A DNA stretch of 64,000 nucleotides from an uncultured bacterium (lineage in GTDB: Bacteria > Patescibacteriota > Minisyncoccia > Phycocordibacterales > UBA9973), in assembly GCA_903894955.1 (NCBI GenBank), contig CAITSA010000028.1, forward strand, positions 8,495 through 72,494. The letters run 5' to 3'. Of this stretch, positions 18,562 to 30,095 are shown piece by piece. The translations under genes and the position numbers were made by a program. Position 1 is the first letter of the stretch. Every line of letters begins with the position of its first letter. Below the pieces are notes generated by a model, which was not told the origin of the DNA, did not search any database, and was given only the letters and a program-made list of their open reading frames with translations.

Positions 18562-19140
18562 TTAATTTTTTCTTTTTAAGAATTCGGTAAAAAACGGAAT
18601 TAAAGATAATAATATTATGACCGCTGTTATTGGTAAAATATATTGATCGATGTTTTTGATTGAATTGCCTAAAAAGTATCCGCTAAAAATTACTGCAAAA
18701 GTCCACAAAAAACCACCTAAAACATTGTAAAAAATAAAGTTATTGTATTTCATTTTTCCTGCGCCGGCCAAGATCGGGGCAAAAGTTCTCACAATGGGCA
18801 CAAAGCGTGCTAATACTATTGTTTTCTTGCCATATCGTTCATAAAATTTAGCAGTTCTATCAAGATTGTTTTTGTTAAAGAAAAATGAGTTTGGTTTAGA
18901 AAAAATTCTTGGACCTAGTTTTTTACCTGTCCAATATCCAACATTATCTCCTAAAACTGCACAAATGAATGATCCAATAAACAAATAAAATATATTAAAA
19001 TATCCAGCCGAGGCTAAAAGTCCAGCACTAAATAAAAGAGAATCACCGGGGAAAAAGAAACCAAAAAAGAGCCCTGACTCAGCAAAGACGACAAAAAAAA
19101 TCCCCAAAAATCCTAAGCTTTCTAAAAATGAAAGAATCAT
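18562..19140 (-). CDS. DedA family membrane protein
   Basis: FAESGLFFGFFFPGDSLL, LGDNVGY, ARFVPIVRTF. Confidence 0.92.
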   Translation of the reverse strand: MILSFLESLGFLGIFFVVFAESGLFFGFFFPGDSLLFSAGLLASAGYFNIFYLFIGSFICAVLGDNVGYWTGKKLGPRIFSKPNSFFFNKNNLDRTAKFYERYGKKTIVLARFVPIVRTFAPILAGAGKMKYNNFIFYNVLGGFLWTFAVIFSGYFLGNSIKNIDQYILPITAVIILLSLIPFFTEFLKRKN

Positions 19141-19688
19141 TTAAGTTTACTAAAAAAATTAGTAAAGTAATGAGCTGTGTAAGCAATAATGAAACCTTCT
19201 ATAAAACCAGCTAAAATGTCCGCTGGGAAATGCACTCCGGAAACAACACGAGAAACACCAATAAGCAATGCGAAAAACATGAAGACATAGCCAATTTTTT
19301 TATTGGTATAAAATAGCGCAAAAGCTAAAGCCGAAGCAACAGCTGAATGTCCAGATGGAAAAGCAAATCCAGTCTCCGGAAAAAGCGGACGCACTTGCGA
19401 GAAAACAACGAACGGCCGAAGCACATGAAATATAATTTTGGCTATAAATTTATTAAAAAACCACGCAACAATCACAGACAAACTTGCTGGAACAAAATCC
19501 TTCCATCCGTTTCGAAATTCTTTAATCGGATTTCGAGATGGAAGAACTTTATAATTAAAAAGTAGAAAAATTCCAGCTGATATAATTGCTATATATATAA
19601 AATAAACAGCTAAAAAAATTATCAAACTATCAAAAATTTTTGACTGATGGGCTAAACTATAAAAAAAGAAAAAGATTGAGTTGTTCAT
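19137..19688 (-). CDS. PAP2 family phosphatase
   Basis: K...RP, FPSGH, SRVVSGVHFPADI. Confidence 0.9.
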   Translation of the reverse strand: MNNSIFFFFYSLAHQSKIFDSLIIFLAVYFIYIAIISAGIFLLFNYKVLPSRNPIKEFRNGWKDFVPASLSVIVAWFFNKFIAKIIFHVLRPFVVFSQVRPLFPETGFAFPSGHSAVASALAFALFYTNKKIGYVFMFFALLIGVSRVVSGVHFPADILAGFIEGFIIAYTAHYFTNFFSKLK

Positions 19689-20563
19689 TTTATATTCTTC
19701 GCTACGATTAATACATTACTAAGAAGCATCGCAACAGTGACTGGCCCCACGCCTCCGGGCACAGGCGATACATAACCTGCCACTTCCGAAACGGAATCTA
19801 AATCAATATCTCCTACAATACCAGCGCCGGACTCAGAAGTTCCTGCGTCAATTAAGATTGCACCTTCTTTTACCATATTACCTTTTATCAACTTCCCTTT
19901 CCCAGTAGCAGAAATAATAACATCAGCCTCTTTTAATCTTTTTATTCTTTCAGCTTCTTCTGTTTTTCTATCTATGACAAATGTTTCTAAATTTCTCGCA
20001 TTGAGTAATTTCCTAACTGGACGACCCACGAGTTCACCCTTGCCAATTATTATTATTTTTTTATCTTTCAAGTCTAAATTCAAGGAATCAAGTAAATGCA
20101 TACAAGCCAGAGCTGTAGGGAAAGTAATAGTAAAATCTCCCTGCCTACCTTGCCTACCGGCAGGCAGGCCGGGCAGGCAGGCATTGTAAAACTTTTCACT
20201 CGCGATATTTCCGAGACAATCCACATCAAGCTTCGAATCTATGGCATCTAATATACGCCTTTGGTCTAGCGATGCAGGCAATGGAAGTTGAACAATAATT
20301 CCGCACATATTTTCTACTTTATTTAAAATCTTTATTTCTTTAACTAAATCTTCAGTGGTAATACCCGAGGGAAAAGAAGCACTTTGGAATTTGATACCCA
20401 CTGACTCTGACATACGTGCTTTCATTCTTACATACTGGGCTGAGACAGGATCCTCCCCTACCAACACATCACAAAAAATCGGATTAAAAGAAAGTGTAGC
20501 TACTTCTTCTTTCACTTTGGCTAAAATTTCGTCTCGTATTTTTTTCCCATCAATTATTTTCAT
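19685..20563 (-). CDS. folD: Methylene-THF dehydrogenase/cyclohydrolase
   Basis: YVRMK, GIIVQLPLP, DVD, GELVGRP, PVPGGVGPVTVAML. Confidence 0.95.
   Translation of the reverse strand: MKIIDGKKIRDEILAKVKEEVATLSFNPIFCDVLVGEDPVSAQYVRMKARMSESVGIKFQSASFPSGITTEDLVKEIKILNKVENMCGIIVQLPLPASLDQRRILDAIDSKLDVDCLGNIASEKFYNACLPGLPAGRQGRQGDFTITFPTALACMHLLDSLNLDLKDKKIIIIGKGELVGRPVRKLLNARNLETFVIDRKTEEAERIKRLKEADVIISATGKGKLIKGNMVKEGAILIDAGTSESGAGIVGDIDLDSVSEVAGYVSPVPGGVGPVTVAMLLSNVLIVAKNIK
20140..20181. repeat. Nested CCTGCCT...AGGCAGG palindromic insertion, in frame in folD
   Basis: CCTGCCTAC-CTTGCCTACCGGCAGGCAGG-CCGGGCAGGCAGG; encodes LPGLPAGRQGRQ. Confidence 0.8.
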
Positions 20564-20586
20564 AAATTAAATATTTCAAAAACTTA

Positions 20587-21717
20587 CTATACACCTAAAA
20601 ATTCATTCTTCATATCGTCCGGATGAACAGACCTAGAATATTTGCGCATCCCCATTAAAATACCCAATCCGGCAAATTCGGTTAATAAATGTGAACCACC
20701 ATAACTCATAAATGGGAGAGGAATACCGGTGACCGGCAAGAGCCCTAAATTCATACCTATATTGACGAAGATATGACTCATGAAAAAAATGGCAATACCC
20801 ATTCCAAAAAGTATTTCAAAATTAGAGGCTCCTAAAGAGGCAAAATAAAGAATTCTGCCAATAACAAGAACATAGAAAAGTAAAATCAAAGATGAGCCAA
20901 TGAAACCCCATTCTTCAGCATAAGCAGCAAAAATAAAATCAGACTGAGGAACTGGTAAAAATTTCAATCTTGACTGTGTTCCAAAACCCAAACCCTTGCC
21001 TGTCACTTGTCCAGAACCTACAGCAATGGTTGACTGAAATACATTGTACCCAGTTTTATGAATATCGGTCAAAGGATTTATAAAATTATAAATACGAGCT
21101 TTTTGATATGGGGCGAAAACAAAAAACCAAAGGGTGACAAAAATTAAAAGACCCGTCGCAAACACAGCCAACAAATGAACCTTAGAAATTCCAGAAACGA
21201 ACACCATCGCGAGCCAAATTAAAAATATAATCATCGCTGAGCCAAAATCCGGCTGAAGTAAAACTAAAATTAAGGGCACCAAAGCATAAAGTCCAGAAAT
21301 AAAAATATGTTTAAAATCTCTGATTTCCACATGTCGACGAGAAAAATACTTGGCTAAAACAAGCACTAATACCAATTTCATTACATCAACTGGCTGAAAA
21401 AAGAAAAAACCAAAATCCAACCAACTCTTGGCTCCATGCATGACGTGCCCTAAAACAATAAGTATCAACAGAATGAAGGACACAAAAAGAAACAAAAATA
21501 CCAATACATTGGTGCGTTTTAAAAAACGAAAATCAATAAAAGAAAAAATGAAAAAAACAATGAAAGAAATTAAAACCCAGATAATTTGCTTATTGAAAAA
21601 ATCACCTGCATTTTCAAGCGGAGTAAAAGACTTCATCGTCACGAGACCAGCCGCGATGATTGGAATAATAAAAGCAACCAACATCCAATCTATTCTTTTA
21701 AAAGCTTTTTCCGCCAT
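20587..21717 (-). CDS. rodA: SEDS peptidoglycan glycosyltransferase RodA
   Basis: GAKSW, QPDFG, GYNVFQSTIAVGSG, SDFIF, EEWGF, TGIPLPFMSYGGS. Confidence 0.9.
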   Translation of the reverse strand: MAEKAFKRIDWMLVAFIIPIIAAGLVTMKSFTPLENAGDFFNKQIIWVLISFIVFFIFSFIDFRFLKRTNVLVFLFLFVSFILLILIVLGHVMHGAKSWLDFGFFFFQPVDVMKLVLVLVLAKYFSRRHVEIRDFKHIFISGLYALVPLILVLLQPDFGSAMIIFLIWLAMVFVSGISKVHLLAVFATGLLIFVTLWFFVFAPYQKARIYNFINPLTDIHKTGYNVFQSTIAVGSGQVTGKGLGFGTQSRLKFLPVPQSDFIFAAYAEEWGFIGSSLILLFYVLVIGRILYFASLGASNFEILFGMGIAIFFMSHIFVNIGMNLGLLPVTGIPLPFMSYGGSHLLTEFAGLGILMGMRKYSRSVHPDDMKNEFLGV

Positions 21718-21722
21718 ATGAA

Positions 21723-22517
21723 TTATTGCAATCTAACAGATGAAATATCATAGATCGGAATTATTTCTTTGGCGACCACCTTGCCTGATAATGGCTCTGG
21801 CCAAGTGAAATTAATATCAGTATCTTGTAATGGATCAAGTTGATCCAAGAAGGTACGACTAGTAGAAATAGCATTTCCTTCTCCGTCATATAAAATCCCA
21901 ACTATGTTTACATTTGGGATAGTAAAAAGTGAATTATTTTTTATAGAAGCAGAAAGCTTGGGAGAGGTCGTCTCTCCTGAGAGTTGTATATTGGAAACCA
22001 AAACTTTTAACTGATTAATTTTCTCTTGCGACACTTGCTGCCATTGTGGTATTTTGTCTGTAAATTCAAAATCTGCATAAACAGGAATAGAATTCCCAAC
22101 ATCTATTCCTGGCTCAAAAACAGCAAAATTACCTCCCGGAGGAACAAAGGTGCTACCATCACGTTTGCCGATATAGACATGGTTCGCATCACGAAAAGTA
22201 AATCTATAATTTATATTTTCAATTACAGCGTTTTTATTGTGATTAACTAAATAAGCCACGGCATTATAACGTCCAGGTATAACCTTAAAAGGACGTGACC
22301 AGAGAATAGAAATCGCATCCATCTGATCCAAGCAAGCATTTAAACATGATCCTCCACAATCTATACCTGTTTCTGTACCGTTTTGTACACCATCCGAGCA
22401 AGTCGGTGCCTTGTTAAATTTAGGATAAAATATTAAAAATCCAAAAATAGAAAAAAATAAAATGAGAACCGCTACATAAAAAATTTGTCGCCTTAAAGCC
22501 CAAGAAGTAATTGCCAT
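21723..22517 (-). CDS. Hypothetical membrane-anchored protein with a TCSDGVQNGTETGIDCGGSC Cys motif
   Basis: N-terminal TM plus Cys-rich motif; start moved to ATG 22517. Confidence 0.75.
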   Translation of the reverse strand: MAITSWALRRQIFYVAVLILFFSIFGFLIFYPKFNKAPTCSDGVQNGTETGIDCGGSCLNACLDQMDAISILWSRPFKVIPGRYNAVAYLVNHNKNAVIENINYRFTFRDANHVYIGKRDGSTFVPPGGNFAVFEPGIDVGNSIPVYADFEFTDKIPQWQQVSQEKINQLKVLVSNIQLSGETTSPKLSASIKNNSLFTIPNVNIVGILYDGEGNAISTSRTFLDQLDPLQDTDINFTWPEPLSGKVVAKEIIPIYDISSVRLQ

Positions 22518-22532
22518 AAAGATATAATAACA

Positions 22533-22609
22533 CCCCGTAGTAGATTTTGGCAATGTAAATTTTTTTTAAAATTTACGCACTTTGTGCTTTGCCAAAATTC
22601 ACTACAGGG
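22533..22609. mobile_element. 77-bp MITE-like element, copy 2 (TSD TAACA), inverted relative to copy 1
   Basis: CCCCGTAGTAGATTTTGGCAA...TTGCCAAAATTCACTACAGGG; TAACA at 22528-22532 and 22610-22614. Confidence 0.8.
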
Positions 22610-22728
22610 TAACATGATTGATTTTCTTGAGCAAAGCAATCAAAAATGAGCCTAAATGAGTAAGAGCCCGAACATTTGCTTTTGACAAATGCCGGGCCCT
22701 AGAGATTTCGATTATTGGAGGTTAAATT

Positions 22729-22992
22729 TCAACCCCCTTTTCCTTTCCAAATGGGAACTATATTAACTAGTTCCCTGTTTCGCCAAGCTCTTTTAGCTCG
22801 ACGATGTTTTAAATTTTCACCCAACTTACCAAAAAGCTGGACAAATAGTTCGTCCAATTTAAAAGCAACAATAAATGCCATCCAAACCAGACCCCATTCC
22901 AACAATATGACCCCCTGAGACAGAGTGTCAAATTGCTCAATAACACAAATCAAAAAAAATAATGCCAGAACAAAGAAAATTCTTTTTTTCAT
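22729..22992 (-). CDS. Small 2-TM membrane protein
   Basis: ATG 22992 preceded by AGGAG; upstream TTGACT/TGATATAAT promoter; downstream hairpin. Confidence 0.6.
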   Translation of the reverse strand: MKKRIFFVLALFFLICVIEQFDTLSQGVILLEWGLVWMAFIVAFKLDELFVQLFGKLGENLKHRRAKRAWRNRELVNIVPIWKGKGG

Positions 22993-23114
22993 AACATATC
23001 TCCTTTTTTTGTAGAACAACCATTGAGGGGATAAACCCCTTTTATTAGGGGAAATCCCCAAATCCTCTTCATGTGTATTATATCACACAAACTATAGAAA
23101 AGTCAAGCAAAATG

Positions 23115-25319
<2,205 letters not shown>

Positions 25320-25916
25320 TTAGTAAGTTTGCTTTATCTCTCGCGCCACACTATTAGCCGTCGGATTACAAGCATCAAGTGTGTCTCCTCCATTATTATA
25401 TCCATTGGAGGTAATAATGGTTGATGTTAATAATGTTTTATCCACTTTTATTTTTGCACAACCGTGTCCCTGAGAACCCAAACCTGACAGATTAAACATC
25501 CAAATTGGATCTGAATTGTCAACTGGGATATCACGACCAAGACATTGCATAGATCCAGTAGGAGGAGACACAAAAATAGTACTAGTTGATTTATCATTAA
25601 AAAGTGCGCATTCCCTGCCTGTGTCAGCGGCAAAGAAAGCTTCATTGGTATCCTTGGCAGAAGTACCAAATTTAATTTCGTTTAAGGCAATATTAGCTAT
25701 GCCTAAAGTAATGGATAAAATAATCGCTGAAAGTGTGACTGCAAAAAGTATTACAAACCCGGTAGTAGAGCTTGGCGATGTTTTAACTCTAGTTAAAACG
25801 TGCTTTACGCTTCGCCAAGTCTCACTACCGGGAAACCCAGAACGAAAGCCTTCGGCTTCGTACGGGACAAGTCCCCTTTTTAAAATATTAAGTTTTTTCG
25901 TAATTTTTGTAATCAT
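25320..25916 (-). CDS. Minor pilin, PilX-like
   Basis: G/FVILFAV hydrophobic helix, AFFAADTG motif; leader expanded by repeats. Confidence 0.8.
   Translation of the reverse strand: MITKITKKLNILKRGLVPYEAEGFRSGFPGSETWRSVKHVLTRVKTSPSSTTGFVILFAVTLSAIILSITLGIANIALNEIKFGTSAKDTNEAFFAADTGRECALFNDKSTSTIFVSPPTGSMQCLGRDIPVDNSDPIWMFNLSGLGSQGHGCAKIKVDKTLLTSTIITSNGYNNGGDTLDACNPTANSVAREIKQTY
25758..25866. mobile_element. Two tandem CCC...GGG palindromic elements in a pilin leader
   Basis: 25758-25832 (CCCGGTAGTAGAGCTTGGCGA...TCGCCAAGTCTCACTACCGGG) and 25836-25866; flanked by ACAAA/ACAAG. Confidence 0.78.
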
Positions 25917-25960
25917 GTTACTTGTAGGGTAATGAACTTCACTCTACTACATACCATATT

Positions 25961-26431
25961 CTAAATTTCTAAATTAAATAAATCTTCTGAAAAAGAAATA
26001 CTATAAGTACCAGAACCCTGAACCCAATTGACTTTTGAGGTAATAGTTACTTCATCATCACTAATTTTTGTCTTTGTAATTGTACGAGTAAAAGTAGAAT
26101 CATGATTAGGACAAGAACTATCATCTATGGAAAGAGTCACGAAATTACTCCAATTCTGGGCTGGGATTGTATCTGTATATAAAATATAATTATCACGAAT
26201 ATTTCTCACACACTCAATCCCCTCCTGGGCTAAATATGAAGCTACTATTTTCTGTTTAGCATAACTAATATCAGAAACACCAGACGCTAAAATTGATATC
26301 ATGCCCAAAATAGACATAGTAAAAATTGAAATAGCTACAAGCGTTTCTACTAAGGTGAATGCCCGCCTGTAAAAGCTATGCTTTAAGCATTGTGGGCAGA
26401 TTTGATTGTTTTTTTTAAAAAATAATTTCAT
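25961..26431 (-). CDS. Minor pilin, PilV-like
   Basis: A/FTLVETLVAI N-methylation motif; ASYLAQEGIE. Confidence 0.85.
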   Translation of the reverse strand: MKLFFKKNNQICPQCLKHSFYRRAFTLVETLVAISIFTMSILGMISILASGVSDISYAKQKIVASYLAQEGIECVRNIRDNYILYTDTIPAQNWSNFVTLSIDDSSCPNHDSTFTRTITKTKISDDEVTITSKVNWVQGSGTYSISFSEDLFNLEI

Positions 26432-26469
26432 TTCTTTATAACTTTATGAACTTTCAACTTTATAACTAC

Positions 26470-27144
26470 TTATATATCTATTTGTCTTTGAGACACGGAA
26501 GTTTGTAAAGAAAAAGGAGATGGAGAAGTAATATTGTTTAAATTTATTGTCCCAACTAATTTAATCGTAACAAAAGGTTGTTGGTGGTCTCCTGATCCAT
26601 CAGGATTAGGTGCCTCAGCACCTTTTACTGTAAAACTGGAATTTGCTGCATCAATATTTATTTCATCGGGGGTTAGTTGAACTGTCACTCCGTTAACTAT
26701 TTTAAAAATACTATTTTTACTGGAATCATTCGGATTGATACCTATGTAATAAACCCACTGACCAGTAAGAGAGGATTTAAAAGAAATTCCTCCTCCTTTA
26801 GTAGGAATGGTATTTATATTGCAACTACGAGGAGTAGTGGTAATAAGATCTGTATCACCTGAAAATATACAACGATAATCATATCCTGTCCTTAAATTTC
26901 TAGACATATCTTCCATAGTAAAATTTAAGTTATCTAGAATGGAACGCATGTCTTGTGATTTTTTTTGGAGTAAATTGGCATTCAATAATGTTCCAATGCC
27001 CGTTGTGATGATAATTATAAAAAGCGCAACGGCAATCATTGTCTCGATGAGAGTGTACCCGGTAGTGAATTTTTTTATCCCGTTAGAGATAGGAAATGCT
27101 TTGCATTTCCGTAGTGATATTAATTTAAGTAAAACTTTTAACAT
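26470..27144 (-). CDS. Minor pilin, PilW-like
   Basis: G/YTLIETMIA motif; start uncertain (lies inside a repeat element). Confidence 0.85.
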   Translation of the reverse strand: MLKVLLKLISLRKCKAFPISNGIKKFTTGYTLIETMIAVALFIIIITTGIGTLLNANLLQKKSQDMRSILDNLNFTMEDMSRNLRTGYDYRCIFSGDTDLITTTPRSCNINTIPTKGGGISFKSSLTGQWVYYIGINPNDSSKNSIFKIVNGVTVQLTPDEINIDAANSSFTVKGAEAPNPDGSGDHQQPFVTIKLVGTINLNNITSPSPFSLQTSVSQRQIDI

Positions 27145-27198
27145 AAACTTATTATTACATTAATATTTCCAATTACAAACTGTACGATCTCTAACGGG
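27079..27198. mobile_element. ATCCCGTTAGA-family inverted-repeat element
   Basis: CCCGTTAGAGAT...ATCTCTAACGGG; right end similar to 27890-27927. Confidence 0.7.
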
Positions 27199-27199
27199 A

Positions 27200-27874
27200 T
27201 TAATTAATCTGCACTCTACCGGAAGGATATAATTTTACAAAAGCTGTTAATCCTTTAGGTGACATAATAGTTATTCTAACATAATCAGAACCAGTAAAGG
27301 GTAAAGATGATAGTGGACTACTTAAAAATTGAGCTCCTGAATCCGGCCGTCTAAAGGTTGTAGCAATAGAGGTAATCGTTACAGATGGAAAAGGTAAAGT
27401 ACAAGCAGTATTGCTACATTTTTCAATCTTAGATATGTAATTATTTTTAGTAATATTTATAGTGTTCAACAACTCACTACTACTGATGTCATAAGCACCA
27501 TTACTATTTAAATCAGCAAAATAAATAAATTGTTTTTGAGAAGCCGGTGTAGTCGTATCAAACAAAACTCCATAAGATGGTTTCCAATCTACAGCAGCAG
27601 AAGAATTCCATAGACCATTTAAAGATGATCTTTGCGCTTGAACGAATTTCAACGCAATATCATTAGCTAAATTTTTAATATCAACCTTAGCTTGAAAACT
27701 TCCATAATTAAAAATAGCCACAGAGGACAAAACAGCAAAAATACTCAGAACAACGATAAGCTCTACGTAAGTCATCCCGTTAGAGGTAGTCCCGTTAAAG
27801 GCCACGAGGGCTCGCAGTGACCTTCTGCCTTTAACGGGACGTTTTATAATATTTTTAAGTAAGAAATTTATCAT
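27200..27874 (-). CDS. Minor pilin, FimT/GspH-like
   Basis: G/MTYVELIVVLSI motif; C-terminal SGRV; start uncertain. Confidence 0.8.
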   Translation of the reverse strand: MINFLLKNIIKRPVKGRRSLRALVAFNGTTSNGMTYVELIVVLSIFAVLSSVAIFNYGSFQAKVDIKNLANDIALKFVQAQRSSLNGLWNSSAAVDWKPSYGVLFDTTTPASQKQFIYFADLNSNGAYDISSSELLNTINITKNNYISKIEKCSNTACTLPFPSVTITSIATTFRRPDSGAQFLSSPLSSLPFTGSDYVRITIMSPKGLTAFVKLYPSGRVQIN

Positions 27875-27927
27875 CAAGTTATTATTTATTATTATTTCCA
27901 ATTATAAACTATATGACCTCTAATGGG
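27776..27927. mobile_element. ATCCCGTTAGA-family element with a nested 48-bp element (27791-27838)
   Basis: CCCGTTAGAGGT...ACCTCTAATGGG; inner CCCGTTAAAGGC...GCCTTTAACGGG. Confidence 0.72.
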
Positions 27928-27934
27928 ATCATCC

Positions 27935-28786
27935 CTAAAAAAGACCTAAGCCAAAAAGAAATACTAATGATGTACCTAAAACCAAATATGGAGCAAAAGG
28001 AATTTCGCTTTTCATCCCATATTTTTTATTAGACAGCGAAGCACTTCCTAGGCGGGAAAAAATAATCAAAGAAAGGCCAACGAGAGCCCCAATCCAAAAG
28101 GCAAAGACCAACCCATAGAGGGCAAAAGGAAAACCAAGCAACCACCCTAAGCTAATTGCAAGTTTTGCGTCCCCTAACCCCATCCATTTTCCAGCAGATA
28201 TCAACCAAAAAAAAGCAAAAGGGAAAGCCATGATTGGACCTATAAAAAATCCCAAAAGAGTAGGCAAATGTGGAGAAAAACTCAAATAACCTGCCTGCGC
28301 CCAGCCTGCGCTGGCAGGAAGCAGACCATCAATCTGCAAAAAGAATAAACCAGCCAAAGTTAAGATACCTAGAACTAAAGAAAGAATATCAGGAATTATT
28401 TTGTGTTTTAAATCATAAACTGCAATTACGACAAAAAGAGAGAAAACAACAGCATAATAAGCATAAGTGAAAGTAAAAGAAAGTGTATTCACGAAGAATA
28501 GGTCCTGAAATTTTAAAAACAAAAGAGCAAAAATAAAGCCAGTGATAAGTTCTACCAGTGGATACTGAAGCGATATTTTAGTTTTACAATTTTTACATCT
28601 TCCCCTCAATCCTAAGAAACTAAAAACGGGTATAAGTTCTAGCCAAGTAAGTTTATTTTGACAAGACATACATCCACTTCTTCCGCCGAAAGATTTCTGA
28701 GTATTTAAACGAAGAATGATGACATTTAAAAAGCTTCCAATAATTAGGCCAAGGATGAAGAAAATTGTTGTGAGAATAGTAATCAT
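27935..28786 (-). CDS. pilD: Prepilin peptidase
   Basis: GSFLNV, two CxxC, YPLVE, YD..., MGLGDAKL, IPFAPYL. Confidence 0.95.
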   Translation of the reverse strand: MITILTTIFFILGLIIGSFLNVIILRLNTQKSFGGRSGCMSCQNKLTWLELIPVFSFLGLRGRCKNCKTKISLQYPLVELITGFIFALLFLKFQDLFFVNTLSFTFTYAYYAVVFSLFVVIAVYDLKHKIIPDILSLVLGILTLAGLFFLQIDGLLPASAGWAQAGYLSFSPHLPTLLGFFIGPIMAFPFAFFWLISAGKWMGLGDAKLAISLGWLLGFPFALYGLVFAFWIGALVGLSLIIFSRLGSASLSNKKYGMKSEIPFAPYLVLGTSLVFLFGLGLF

Positions 28787-28794
28787 AAAACTTT

Positions 28795-29361
28795 TTAAGA
28801 ACCACAAACAGAACCTAAAAGATCAGCATTTAATGTAGCTTGAGTATAAGCGTTTACATCACTAATTTCTTTTGCCACACCTGTAAAATCTACACACCAT
28901 GCTTTGGTCTTATCAGACTTTAATTGAACTGCGGTGGCCCAACCTTTACCACCGGCAGTTGAAATACACGAAGTTAAACCTCCCCCCGAGCTTTTAGCTG
29001 CAGCAATTTGTGAAGCAATGTTTGTTTCTCTGAAAATCTGCACTGCTGCTGAAGCTGCTGGACAAGTGGCCACAGTAAACGCTGAAGGAACAGTAGCAGT
29101 ACATGAACCACTATTAGCATAACATCCAAGTAAGCTATACTGTAATTCAGCTTCATTTCGAACACTGGCCAAATTTGCTTTTACCCCGGCATCGCCACCT
29201 TTTCCCCTTGCAGAGTCTAACGATACCATCACAACTGTTGCCAAAAGACCAATTATCGCAACCACAACCAAAAGTTCAAGCAATGTAAACCCGTTTCGCC
29301 TTCGGCAAGCGGAGGTGGAACTTTTTGAATATTTTGTAGTAAGCCCTTTTTTAAAATTCAT
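28795..29361 (-). CDS. Type IV pilin
   Basis: G/FTLLELLVVVAIIGLL; WCVD motif; paralogue of the adjacent pilin. Confidence 0.9.
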   Translation of the reverse strand: MNFKKGLTTKYSKSSTSACRRRNGFTLLELLVVVAIIGLLATVVMVSLDSARGKGGDAGVKANLASVRNEAELQYSLLGCYANSGSCTATVPSAFTVATCPAASAAVQIFRETNIASQIAAAKSSGGGLTSCISTAGGKGWATAVQLKSDKTKAWCVDFTGVAKEISDVNAYTQATLNADLLGSVCGS

Positions 29362-29425
29362 TTTTAGAAAAATTTATTAATAATAACAAGATCTTTTTAT
29401 ATAACATATTATATAACCTTTCAAA

Positions 29426-29458
29426 TACAAAAACCACCCTTTTAGGGTGGTTTTTGTA
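29426..29458 (-). terminator. Intrinsic terminator after the major pilin
   Basis: TACAAAAACCACCC-TTTTA-GGGTGGTTTTTGTA. Confidence 0.85.
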
Positions 29459-29476
29459 TAAAACATGACTAAGAGA

Positions 29477-29956
29477 TTACGGACAAGCTGTTACGGCATT
29501 AGCAGTATTAGCAGTAAGACCAGTTACTTGTTCTGATTTACCACCCGAATCAACACACCAACCTGTAGTATTAAGAGTTTTTAATACTGCTTCAATACCA
29601 TAAGCACTACCATCGGATGAAGTAGTGGCTGTAACTGTATTGCTTGAAGATTGAGCTGCGGCTGACAAACCAGCTTTCATTGTTGCATCAGCAAACAAAT
29701 CAGTACAACCAGTGAAAACAGAAGGGTTAGCGCTAGTAACAGTACAAGTGACGGCAGCAGCACTGTATTTATTATTGTTATCATAATAAATTGCGGCTTG
29801 GGCACGCATATTTGCTAAGTTTGCCTTAATAGCTGCATCAGAACCTTTTGAGCGCGCAGTATTCAATGACGCCAAAACAACTGAAGCTAAAATACCAATG
29901 ATGGCCACGACTACCAACAATTCGATTAATGTAAAACCTTTCTTTAGATTCTTCAT
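29477..29956 (-). CDS. pilA: Probable major type IV pilin
   Basis: MKNLKKG/FTLIELLVVVAIIGIL; own promoter region and terminator. Confidence 0.85.
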   Translation of the reverse strand: MKNLKKGFTLIELLVVVAIIGILASVVLASLNTARSKGSDAAIKANLANMRAQAAIYYDNNNKYSAAAVTCTVTSANPSVFTGCTDLFADATMKAGLSAAAQSSSNTVTATTSSDGSAYGIEAVLKTLNTTGWCVDSGGKSEQVTGLTANTANAVTACP

Positions 29957-30077
29957 AATTTATAATTTTACCTAATAATAATCTCGCCTCTTCGGCGAGT
30001 CAGCCGACGAGGCTGATTCGACTTAATTTCTAATACGTTTATTATATCATAGGAATAATAATATATATGCAATTAAG

Positions 30078-30086
30078 TTATCCACA
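30078..30086 (+). promoter_or_regulatory. Consensus DnaA box upstream of the major pilin
   Basis: TTATCCACA exact match; single site, function unproven. Confidence 0.35.
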
Positions 30087-30095
30087 GGACAGAAT

